DNA of 64,000 nucleotides from an uncultured Acidimicrobiia bacterium (GTDB lineage Bacteria > Actinomycetota > Acidimicrobiia > Acidimicrobiales > Ilumatobacteraceae), in the NCBI GenBank assembly GCA_963841465.1, contig CAWJCQ010000006.1, positions 1,168,770 to 1,232,769 on the forward strand, given 5' to 3'. Positions within the stretch are counted from its first letter, which is position 1. Each line of letters starts with the position of its first letter. Shown here one piece after another: positions 49,608 through 58,374 of the stretch. The notes under the pieces are model-generated. The model made no database searches. It was not told the DNA's origin and saw only the letters and a list, made by a program, of their open reading frames with translations. The translations under genes and the position numbers were made by a program.

Positions 49608-49973
49608 ATGTTGAAGCTCATCTATTGCCTGCGCCGCAAGCCGGACATGAGCGTCGAGGAGTTCCAGCGGTGCTGGCGCGAGGTCCACGCGCCGCTCGTC
49701 GCCGAACGAGCACACCTCCTTGGGATCAAGCGGTACATCCAGGCCCACACGACGATGCCAGAGGTAGTCCCTGCTCTTCAGGAGCGCAATGGAGGATCCC
49801 CCGAGCCCTACGACGGCGTCGCCGAAATCTGGATCGAGACTCTCGACGCACTGGGCAGTGAGGACGCGGCCGTACAGAAGGCGATGGCCGATCTCCTTGC
49901 CGACGAGGGCAACTTCATCGACCTGGCGCTGTCGCCCCTGTGGATCGCGCAAGAGAACGTCGTCGTCGCCTGA
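49608..49973 (+). CDS. EthD-domain protein
   Basis: 121 aa from ATG 49608: MLKLIYCLRRKPDMSVEEFQRCWREVHAPLV...YDGVAEIW is typical of the EthD fold family. Confidence 0.55.
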   Translation: MLKLIYCLRRKPDMSVEEFQRCWREVHAPLVAERAHLLGIKRYIQAHTTMPEVVPALQERNGGSPEPYDGVAEIWIETLDALGSEDAAVQKAMADLLADEGNFIDLALSPLWIAQENVVVA

Positions 49974-50019
49974 CGCACCTGTTGCCGTCGCGACGAGCGA
50001 ACCGCTGAGCGTCCGCTAA

Positions 50020-50290
50020 CGACGGGGATAACACCGGCCAGCGGCGCCTGGTAACGGCTGATACACGGGTGATCGCGAGGCGCATCACCTACGACACGTC
50101 GCCTCGATCACCCGTGTCGATCAGGCGTTATCCGGCCCGAAGGGCTTGGTGATCTTCGATCACCCGGATAACGCCGGGTCGATGGCGTCCGCGGCCCGTC
50201 CGATAATTACGACGGCCGAGAGGAGTCGCACTGCTCGGTAACCGGCGCAGTGCACGATCGCGATGCCCGATAACGCGGCGCGATAATGCA
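50020..50290. repeat. cluster of G(A/G)TAA(C/T) motifs plus two long hairpins next to the integrase 3' end
   Basis: GATAAC/GTTATC-type hexamers at about 50027, 50051, 50127, 50167, 50202, 50238, 50269 and 50282. IR ACACGGGTGATCGCGAGGCG (50063-50082) pairs with CGCCTCGATCACCCGTGT (50100-50117). IR GGCGTTATCCGG (50124-50135) pairs with CCGGATAACGCC (50164-50175). Confidence 0.8.
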
Positions 50291-50324
50291 CGGTGCCAGC
50301 ACTCGTCGTCTCAGCGATGCGCGG

Positions 50325-51382
50325 CTACGTCGAAGCCTCTTGGCGCTCCGAGATAGCTCGACCGAGCCGGTTGAGTGCGGGCCGCGCAGCACGCATCTCA
50401 GGCCTGTTGTTCAAGAGCCGGTCGAGGTTGTCGGCGATGTCTTCGTCATGGAGGGCGACGGCGTGTGAGTAATGCCGCAGCGTCGTCATCGGATCACGGT
50501 GCCCGAGACGGGCTTGGGCCTTGAGCAGCTGACCCTCGCCGACGAGGTGGGTGGCCACTGCGTGACGGAGGCGGTGAAGCGCGGGACGTTCCACGCCGGC
50601 TGCGACGCCGAGGCGACGGAACTTGTGTGACAACGCGTCGGCAGTGAGGAACGTCGCCCTGGCTGGTGTGGGTGCGAACAACCAGTCGTCGACCGGTGCC
50701 GGTTCCCGCTCGGCCCACGACGTCCATTGCGACTCGATCAGCGTTGCCGTCGTCGTGCCGAGGGTCAGTCGCCGCGACCGATTCGACTTGGTCGAGGCGA
50801 TCACGCCGTGGGACACGCCGCGCTGGATCGTCAGCACCCGCCCGTCGACATCGCCGTGACGGAGCACAGAGAGCTCCCCGCGACGCGCGCCCGAGTCGGC
50901 GGCCACCCGAACCAGCAGCAGTGCCTGCTCGGCGCTGAACAGCAATCGTCGCCACCACAGCGAGCTCGGGTCCGCCTCCAACGCCGCTGTCAGTCTGGCC
51001 ACGTCGGCTTCGGCCAAGGTGAGCATGCGGTGCACCTCGTCGAGGGTGTGGTGCAGTCGGGGTCGCGGGCGCGGCGGACCGCGCACCCCAACCAGCGGGT
51101 TCGACCGCAGCAACCCCTCGGTGACCGCCCACGAGATCGCCGAGCGCAACACCAGCCAGCGAGCCGACACCGTGGCCACCGACACTCCGCACGCCTGCCA
51201 GCGCACGATCGCCGCCCGCACCGTGCCCGCGGTGAGGATGAGCAGCGGACGGCGGCCGAGTGGGTCAGCGATCAGGTCGTCGACGACGTGACGGTGCGAC
51301 GCGTAGGTGGCTGGCTTCCACAGATGCGGACCAGCCATGAACCGGACCAATAGCTCGGCGACGTTCAATCCTGGGATGTCAG
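50325..51382 (-). pseudogene. tyrosine integrase (int2), C-terminal catalytic part, separated from its N-terminus by an ISKra4-like insertion
   Basis: ...ADSGARRGELSVLRHGDV..., ALHRLRHAVATHLVGEG, ARLGHRDPMTTLRHYSH (R...HxxR...Y). The listed ORF 50325..51875 extends spuriously into the IS. Confidence 0.85.
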
Positions 51383-51409
51383 ATGGGTGCGGCTCCCGTG
51401 GAGGGATAT

Positions 51410-52915
51410 TCAGGCGGCTTGAGGGATGATTCCGCCCGCGTAGCGAGCCTCGTGCACTCGGTGTCGTTCGCTGTCGAGATGGAAGGTCATGTACTCGTCG
51501 AAGTCGCCGTTGCTGCGTAGGGCTCGGAGCTTCAAGATGGCCTCTGCTCCGTTCAGTCCCCAACGGGAGCCGGTCAGATCGAGCCTGTCCTTCACCAGGT
51601 GGCGGCAGGCTCCCTCGATCACTCCGGTCGCGATCGGCCATCCTTGTTCGAGTGCCTGTGGGTAGTTGAGGTAGTCGCGCTTGGCGAGCAGGTAGTTGGC
51701 GCATCGATCGGCGTTGTGCCGGGCGTCGGCGTGGAGGCCGTGGCAGGTGGCCTTGCGCCGGATTGATGCGGCGACGGTCGACGCCTCTCCGTTGAGGACG
51801 GCGAGGGCTTTGGCGGCGACCCAGGCCTCGGCTGCGGGGTCGCCTTCGGTGAAGAAGGACCAGGCCGAGGACCACAGGTACTCGATGACGTGGACAAAGT
51901 CGCAGATGATGCTGACCTCGACGTGACGGGCCGTCGCCTCAGTGTGGATGCGGTCGATCTGGTGCTTCGCCCCGTCGACGAGGGCGATCCAGGTGCGCTG
52001 GTGTTCGGGGTCACGGCGCTCGGCCTCGTCGAACACGGCTGAGATGACCGCCGCCGCGTCCTTGACGACGCTGGCGGTGAGCCACTTGTTGTCTGCTTCG
52101 GGTGCCGGGGTCCTGTCGGCGTCGTCGGATCCGATGATGTCGGCGGGAGTGCGGGGAACCGGCGTCACGTCGTAGACGGCGCCGACCTCAGCGATGCGTT
52201 TCCGGTTCCGCTTCTCTCCCTTGGAGAGCCTGGTCTTCAGCTTGGCCGAGGTTTTGGCGGCGGCCTTGGCGGTTGAGGGCCGCAAGGCGTCGGGTCGCAT
52301 GACGATCCCCTTGCCGTCCGCGGAGAGCACGAGGACATCTTGTTGGTCGGCCGGCGTACGAGACGCGTTCTCGTAGAAGGCCTCGAAGTCGACCGCGCAG
52401 CGAGCCGCCAGCTCCTCGACCTGGCGCTTTCCGCACGTCACGCCGGTCGCGCGATGGATTGCCTCTCTCGCCTCCTCGAAGCTGCCCCTCGAGGACTCGG
52501 TGGCCGACAGCGCACGCAGCCCGTGGGAGTGCAGCTGGCGTGGAAGATTCAAGGCTGCATCGGCGGGATAGAGGTTGTCCTCGCCCCGGCGGCGATACGC
52601 CATGCGGGTGACGCTGACCTCGCCGAAGATCGTCGCCAGCGGCCGGACATGGCCGGTCTCGACGCTTCCCCGTGGGGCGCCGGCGGCGTCGGCCACCTCG
52701 ACCAGGCGCCCCTCGCGTGTGGCGCGCAGGTCCAGGTGGTCCTGGTAGAGCTGGCGGACCAGCTCACGGGCGTCGACGCTCAGCCTCGCCTCGAGCTCGC
52801 CGTGGGTGAGACTTGTCGCCTCCTCGCCGCCGATGAAACAACACACCTCCTCGAATCGGGCGCGGCTCGCGCTGAAGGCATCGTCGGCACAGTTGCTCGG
52901 CATGGGACCCTCCAT
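51410..52915 (-). CDS. ISKra4-family-like transposase
   Basis: 501 aa, uninterrupted. ...WIALVDGAKHQ...ICDFVHVIEYLW...GVIEGACRHLVKDRLDLTGSRW layout as I recall for ISKra4. Family call is from memory only. Confidence 0.55.
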   Translation of the reverse strand: MEGPMPSNCADDAFSASRARFEEVCCFIGGEEATSLTHGELEARLSVDARELVRQLYQDHLDLRATREGRLVEVADAAGAPRGSVETGHVRPLATIFGEVSVTRMAYRRRGEDNLYPADAALNLPRQLHSHGLRALSATESSRGSFEEAREAIHRATGVTCGKRQVEELAARCAVDFEAFYENASRTPADQQDVLVLSADGKGIVMRPDALRPSTAKAAAKTSAKLKTRLSKGEKRNRKRIAEVGAVYDVTPVPRTPADIIGSDDADRTPAPEADNKWLTASVVKDAAAVISAVFDEAERRDPEHQRTWIALVDGAKHQIDRIHTEATARHVEVSIICDFVHVIEYLWSSAWSFFTEGDPAAEAWVAAKALAVLNGEASTVAASIRRKATCHGLHADARHNADRCANYLLAKRDYLNYPQALEQGWPIATGVIEGACRHLVKDRLDLTGSRWGLNGAEAILKLRALRSNGDFDEYMTFHLDSERHRVHEARYAGGIIPQAA

Positions 52916-52966
52916 CCAGGTCGATGTTGCCCTACAGCGTTACCGCTGTAGGATCGGAGACGGTGG

Positions 52967-53392
52967 ATGCCCCGGCGAGGAGGAGAAGATGTGATGAGCA
53001 ACTCGGCGCGACGGCCGCCCTTTGCTGCGACCCGAAAGGCGCTGGCCGATGCCCTCGCCGAGATCGACGGGCTGCTCCCCGGATCAGTCATCGTCCGTCA
53101 TATGCGCTGCGGCAAGCCCAGATGCGCGTGCAAGGCCGACCCGCCCGTCCTGCACGGCCCCTACATCCAGTGGACCCGCACGGTCGGGGGCAAGACCGTC
53201 ACCAGGTTCCTGAGCAAAGAGCAGCTCGGGCGCTACCAGCCATGGTTCGACAACGCCAGACGCCTCAAGGACCTCGTCGCCAAGCTCGAGATCGTCTCGC
53301 TGCAGGCCCTCGAAACCGCCGAGGGGCCAAGCCCACGAGCCGCCGCCTCCGACTCAACGCCGCCAATGCCACCTCAGCACGTCGACACATAG
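52967..53392 (+). CDS. small Cys-motif protein carried inside the IS (DUF6788-like accessory)
   Basis: VIVRHMRCGKPRCACKADPPVLHGPYIQWTRTVGGKTVTRFL. Divergent from the transposase and inside the IS inverted repeats. Start could be ATG 52994. Confidence 0.5.
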   Translation: MPRRGGEDVMSNSARRPPFAATRKALADALAEIDGLLPGSVIVRHMRCGKPRCACKADPPVLHGPYIQWTRTVGGKTVTRFLSKEQLGRYQPWFDNARRLKDLVAKLEIVSLQALETAEGPSPRAAASDSTPPMPPQHVDT

Positions 53393-53532
53393 CTCACCCT
53401 CGGCCGCGATACTCGCCTCAGCGACCCCTCGGGCTCCGACACCCCACAGCCTTGTCGGATCCAAATTCGCAGCTCCCGGCCATGATCAGCCGAATCTGAA
53501 CAAACCCTCCACGAGAGCCGCACCCATGTCAG

Positions 53533-53764
53533 ATGACCCGACCCGGTCGATCCCGTACTCCTCGACCAGCTCACAGCGCCGCCGTTGCGCCCACGCCGCG
53601 TCGCCGTGCACGGTGAACGAACGCTGCACACTGTGCCCATGAGCAGGGTCGAAGCCGACCACGACGCGGATCTCCCACACCCCCGGCGAGCGTTCACGCA
53701 GCGAGCCCGTTCCCCGTCGAGCCCGCACACGAGACGGAATCTCATCCCTATAACTCGTCGTCAT
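53533..53764 (-). pseudogene. tyrosine integrase (int2), N-terminal arm-binding part
   Basis: MTTSYRDEIPSRVRARRGTGSLRERSPGVWEIRVVVGFDPAHGHSVQRSFTVHGDAAWAQRRRCELVEEYG parallels the N-terminus of the 21914 integrase. It joins in frame to 51382 once the IS and one GTCAG are removed, giving 429 aa in total. Confidence 0.8.
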
Positions 53765-55370
53765 CCCTATAGCTACTTCGACCTGAAATAGTCGATCCAC
53801 CACCTGCGCGCGTGCGTTCGATACGATGGCCTCGCCCCTGGTAGTTGCGTTACCGAACAGCGAGGCCATCGATGTTGCGAACGGTAGGCGAGGAGCCGAC
53901 GTTGTGGGAAGCGTTGCTCCCGGCGGAGGCGTTGGTGATGCCCGCCGAGCTGGTCCGCGTCGATGCGCTGTTGGATGACGACCGCTTCTTCGAGCCGTAC
54001 GCCGAGTTCTTTCACGCCACGCTGGGGCGGCCGTCGATCCCGATCGAGACGTATCTGCGGCTGATGTTCTTGAAGTACCGCTACCGGCTCGGGTTCGAGA
54101 CGCTGTGTCGGGAGGTCACGGACTCGATCGGTTGGCAGCGGTTCTGTCGCATCCCGCTCGGTGGACGGGTGCCGCACCCGACGACGTTGATGAAGATCAC
54201 CACCCGTTGCGGTGGGGTGGCCGTCAACGGGTTGAACGAGGCGTTGCTGGCCCGCGCCGTGGAGGCCAAGGTGTTGAGGACCAACCGGGTGCGCGCCGAC
54301 ACGACGGTGATCGAAGCCAACGTCGCGTATCCGTCGGACTCGTCGCTGTTGGCCAAGGGCGTCGCCAAGATGGCCAAAGCGGCCAAGAAGCTGCGGGCAA
54401 TGGGATTGGCGAGGCGCACCCGGCTGGCCGACAAGACGCGTACGGTGCGCTCCCGGGCCCGCTCGATCAACGCCAACCTGCGCCGCCGCACCGACGACAA
54501 GCTCGCCGAAGTCAAGCGGATCAACACTGACCTCGCTGGGATCGCCGAGCGGGTCGCCCGGCAGGCCGACGCCGTGGTGCGCAACGCCCGCCGTAAGCTG
54601 CGCACCCTCGGTGACCAGGCGTCTGGGCTCGCTCGTGCTGCGGTGGAAGGGCTGGAGCGGACCGCCACCTTGACCCGTCGGGTCGCCGCCCAGACCCGCC
54701 AACGCCTCGCCGGCGAGACCCCGCCGGGGGCGACTCGGGTGGTGTCGTTGCACGACGCCGAGGCCCGTCCGATCGCCAAGGGACGTCTCGGCAAGCCGGT
54801 CGAGTTCGGCTACAAGGGCCCAACTCGTCGACAACGAAGATGGTGTCATCGTCGACCACAACATCGAAGCCGGCAACCCGCCCGACGCACCGATGCTCGA
54901 ACCGGCGATCCAACGGATCAAGCAACGCACCGGTCGAGCACCGAGGGCGGTCACCGCTGATCGTGGCTACGGCGAACAAGGCGTCGAAGACGCCGTGCGT
55001 GCCGCCGGAGTACGTCATGTCGTGCTCCCCACCAAAGGCCGACCGAACGCGACACGTCGCCAGATCGAGAACCGACGCGCCTTCAAGAAGATGGTGCGAT
55101 GGCGCACCGGCTGCGAAGGCCGCATCAGCTGCGCCAAACGCGACTTCGGACTCTCCAGGACGCGGATCGACGGGCTCGCCGGCGCACGCACCTGGTGCGG
55201 TCACGGAATATTCGCCCACAACCTCGTCAAGATCAGCGGCCTGATCGACTGATCGAGCCCAACGAGATCGAGCCGGCGACCGGCGGCCCACATCGCCGAC
55301 AGCCACCGCGCCACACCCGCATCAACGTCACTCACGCCCCCCGCGCCCACACATTCTTCAGGTCGAAGTA
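53764..55370 (+). mobile_element. IS5/ISNCY-like insertion sequence (about 1.6 kb)
   Basis: 24-bp perfect inverted repeats TCCCTATAGCTACTTCGACCTGAA (53764-53787) and TTCAGGTCGAAGTAGCTATAGGGA (55347-55370). Confidence 0.8.
53872..55252 (+). pseudogene. IS5/ISNCY-like DDE transposase with one frameshift near 54817
   Basis: GRPSIPIETYLRLMFLKYRYRLGFETLCREVTDSIGWQRFC (InsH-type N-terminal domain) ...ADTTVIEANVAYPSDS...VEFGYK. A frame change then gives AQLVDNEDGVIVDHNIEAGNPPD...AVTADRGYG...RTGCEGRISCAKR. Confidence 0.75.
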
Positions 55371-55455
55371 GCTATAGGGATCGGTATAGGGATACGAACC
55401 GCCCGGGACATCCGTCACGGCCGACCGCGAGGCCGCGACCAGGGCCGATGGTCAG

Positions 55456-55497
55456 CGCGCTCGGAGGGAGTCGAACCCCCAACCTTCTGATCCGTAG
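55456..55497 (-). tRNA. 3'-half fragment of tRNA-Arg (anticodon ACG); not an intact gene
   Basis: The reverse complement reads CTACGGA (loop; U33-ACG) TCAGA AGGTT GGGGG-TTCGACT-CCCTC CGAGCGC G. That gives the anticodon loop, the 3' anticodon-stem strand, the variable loop, the T arm and the 3' acceptor strand. No matching 5' acceptor, D arm or 5' anticodon-stem strand lies upstream. Confidence 0.6.
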
Positions 55498-55795
55498 CCA
55501 CAGGATGGGGGTAAATCGAGGTCTCCGCCGACCCGCGACTATCTCGCTATCAGCGCCGTCTCGGACTGCGCGTCAGCGACGCGAGGGCAACGTGCCGGCG
55601 AATTGAGGCCGTCAACTTGACCGGCCCGACGTGCTCGTCGGAGGCCAGTCCGAGCGCGAAACCGCCCCGGCGGTAACCGGGGCGGAGTCTCATCCCACGG
55701 CACGCCATGGGTGGCACATCAGCTACGCCACCCAATGCTGGTCCTCGTCGTGGGACCTGTCAAGCACTGCCCCATGACGAGACGAGACCACGGAG

Positions 55796-56881
55796 ATGAC
55801 CGCCGCCGAGGAGTTCTTCGCCGCCGCCATGCGCGACTACGGCGTACGGGAAGGAGACCACGTGAGGATCCCGATGCGACAGTGCGAGCTCGCCCGACGG
55901 CACCACGTCGCGGCCTCCACGGTCGGCGCCTATCTGACGGCGATGGGGGCGTCCATCGTCAGCCGACGACCCGACATTGTCATCCGGCTCGTCCCGGACC
56001 GAGGCGCAGTCCCGCCTGCCGAGGAAGGGCCATCACGCCAAGACCGAACAGCGGACCTGGTCGGCGCGATCGCCGACCTCGTCGCACAGCAGGCACACCT
56101 CCTCCACGCCCTTGCCGAGGCCGTCGCCTCCGCGATGAAGCCGCGCGAATCCGCGCGCGGACTTCGCGCGGATGAGGCCGTTCCGCGCGAAGTTCTCGCG
56201 GAACACAGGAAGGACAGAGAAGACGAGCAGCAGGAAGACGATCCTTCTCCTCCGCATGCTGCTTCTTCGCGACCTTCGCGCGGAAACGCGGATCGTCCCC
56301 GCGGATCCGCGCGGATCGACTCCCTGCTTGAACCGCTCCACCAGGTCGCTGGCGCGCGTGGTCTCGTGCCGATGAGTGACCGCGACACGATCGCATCGGC
56401 CCTCGCCCCGTACGACGACGACACCGTCCGCGGCCTGGTCGCGGACATCGTCGAGCGGTCAGGCGCCGGCAAATCGACGGTCAGGAGTCCGTTCGGCTTG
56501 CTCGTGTCCCGGGCGAGACAGGGCCTCGTCCCGACGGCCGACACCAGGCCCGACGAACCGGCACCGGCGCCGCCGCGGGTCGGCGAGACTCCTGGCGGCG
56601 AGGAGATCGACGAGGTCAGCGTCGATGACGGAGTGTTCGACCTACTCGCCGACTACCAACAGAGCGGGACCGGCCTCGAGCTCGTGCGAGCGCTCGACGA
56701 AGCGATCGCCGACGAGTTCACACCGGCGGCGCTCCGCCTGCTGTCACCCACGGCGTTGCGTGCACTGAGAGCCGAGACGCTTCGTCGTCACAACAACCAG
56801 CCCGGGGGGATCGTGACGAGCAGAATTTTCGCGGCCGGACGTGACGTTTCGGCGCCCCGACCCGGCACTCATCGGCCATGA
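55796..56881 (+). CDS. hypothetical protein with N-terminal HTH-like segment and acidic linker
   Basis: 361 aa. MRQCELARRHHVAASTVGAYL looks HTH-like. The central HRKDREDEQQEDD is low complexity. Stop overlaps the next gene's start. Confidence 0.4.
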   Translation: MTAAEEFFAAAMRDYGVREGDHVRIPMRQCELARRHHVAASTVGAYLTAMGASIVSRRPDIVIRLVPDRGAVPPAEEGPSRQDRTADLVGAIADLVAQQAHLLHALAEAVASAMKPRESARGLRADEAVPREVLAEHRKDREDEQQEDDPSPPHAASSRPSRGNADRPRGSARIDSLLEPLHQVAGARGLVPMSDRDTIASALAPYDDDTVRGLVADIVERSGAGKSTVRSPFGLLVSRARQGLVPTADTRPDEPAPAPPRVGETPGGEEIDEVSVDDGVFDLLADYQQSGTGLELVRALDEAIADEFTPAALRLLSPTALRALRAETLRRHNNQPGGIVTSRIFAAGRDVSAPRPGTHRP

Positions 56882-57333
56882 GCACATTGTCAGACCCGGG
56901 CACGGCTCGACGCCGTCGCCCTGAGACCTTCCGAGACCTCGTCCAGCCTCTGCCCGACGGCCGGGACAACCCGGCGGCCGTCGTGACCGGCACGCAGCTC
57001 GCATCGATCCTCGGTGTGCACCCCGTGACGCTGCGTCGCATGGCCCGCATGAGCCAGCTCCCGGTGCGTTCTGTGAGCGTCGACTCGTGGCCCCGCTACT
57101 CCGTGCGCAGCGTCCTACGGTGGATCCTCGAGCGGGAACCGGCTGACGGCGACGACGGTACGGACTGCCGGCTCCTGACGATCGCCCAAGCCGCCAAGCT
57201 GCTCGGGTGCAGCCGCGCCACCGCCTATCGCCTGCTCGGCGTCCCTTCGCCACCGATCACACCAACCCCGGTCGGCGACGAGACGCGATTCCCAGCCTGC
57301 CGCGTAATCGCTTACATCGACGCGAGAAGGTGA
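56878..57333 (+). CDS. protein with two excisionase/MerR-type HTH (HTH_17-like) repeats
   Basis: VTGTQLASILGVHPVTLRRMARMSQLP... and LLTIAQAAKLLGCSRATAYRLLG... each match the excisionase-family HTH pattern. Confidence 0.55.
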   Translation: MSTLSDPGTARRRRPETFRDLVQPLPDGRDNPAAVVTGTQLASILGVHPVTLRRMARMSQLPVRSVSVDSWPRYSVRSVLRWILEREPADGDDGTDCRLLTIAQAAKLLGCSRATAYRLLGVPSPPITPTPVGDETRFPACRVIAYIDARR

Positions 57334-57786
57334 GCCCTCAACATGGCAGGAATCCCCAGCCTCCAGAGTCCGGCCGCCAGTGAACGACGCCCACGGTTCC
57401 ATGGGAGCCGGTCGCACCACCACGCCAATCGAGGCGCGACGAGCTGCGTGCTTGGCGGTGACAACCGCGGCGTTGACGCCCGACCGGACTCCGCGGGTCT
57501 GTTGTCGTCGGCGCCGTCCTCGAGGCGATTTGAAGGAGGTGCTGCGCTGCGGTGGTCGGGGGGTTCGGGGAGGTCTCCGATCCCTGGCTTCGTGGAAACG
57601 ATGTTGCGCCCGTTCGTGACGCTTTCCGCGCGCGGGAGGGACATTCATTCCGATGTGAGGGATCACTGCGAACGCCACGGGTGCGGAACTACGGTGCGCC
57701 CACTGCTCGGTGGGCGAGTCAGGGGCTGGGTTCGTGAGACGAGAACGGCCGGGGCGATCCGCTCCGGCAGAGGGTCCAAGCCAGGC

Positions 57787-58374
57787 ATGACCAGCGTCGC
57801 CGGCGCTCATCTCTCTCCGGCTGCGCGAGTGTGGCCCCGCTTGACGGCGGTCGGCGCGGCGCTGGCCGTCATCGCATGGGGCCTTATGGAGCGCGCGGCG
57901 GCCGTCCCCGTGGTGGTCATCGCGGCACTATCGCTTCTCGCGGCGGTCGTCGACGCCCGGAGCCACCGGATCCCGAACCAGCTCATCCTCGGCGGTCTCT
58001 TCGCTCTCGTCGCCGGCGGAGCTGTCACGGCCGTCGGTGACCACCGGGGACTGATCGACGTCGGAGGCGCGCTCTTCGCAGGGTTCGTGTTGAGTGGTGC
58101 CCCGCTTCTTGGTGTCATGTGGCTTGTTCGGCCAGCGACGGTGGGCGCCGGCGATGTCAAGCTGCTGACACTGCAGGGTGCAGCGATCGGCCTGGTCGCT
58201 CCGCTCGCCGCGCCGATCGTGCTGCTGATCGCCGGCGTCACCGCGTTGGGACAGTCGCTTGTGGGCGGTCCACGGCGCGCCGTGCCACTCGGTCCAGGCC
58301 TCGCGGTCGGGTTCGTCGGCGCTGTTGTCGCAGGCGTGACCGCTCGCGTCGTGTTCGGAGGGACGTACTGGTGA
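57787..58374 (+). CDS. tadV: A24-family prepilin peptidase (CpaA/TadV type)
   Basis: 195 aa from ATG 57787. Polytopic. AVVDARSHRIPNQL and VGAGDVKLL carry the two catalytic Asp motifs. Confidence 0.75.
   Translation: MTSVAGAHLSPAARVWPRLTAVGAALAVIAWGLMERAAAVPVVVIAALSLLAAVVDARSHRIPNQLILGGLFALVAGGAVTAVGDHRGLIDVGGALFAGFVLSGAPLLGVMWLVRPATVGAGDVKLLTLQGAAIGLVAPLAAPIVLLIAGVTALGQSLVGGPRRAVPLGPGLAVGFVGAVVAGVTARVVFGGTYW

Larger units (their letters stand above)
51383..53527 (-). mobile_element. ISKra4-like insertion sequence (2145 bp) with 5-bp target duplication GTCAG
   Basis: Inverted repeats ATGGGTGCGGCTCCCGTGGAGGG (51383-51405) and CCCTCCACGAGAGCCGCACCCAT (53505-53527). GTCAG at 51378-51382 and 53528-53532. 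Confidence 0.8.

Noticed and set aside
57334-57786. Search for a Flp prepilin gene upstream of tadV, including a GAAGGAGG site at 57532-57539
   Set aside because: The ORFs after the strong SD-like site are Arg/Gly/Cys-rich, 26 aa or in frame with tadV. They lack a hydrophobic helix or any Flp motif on either strand.
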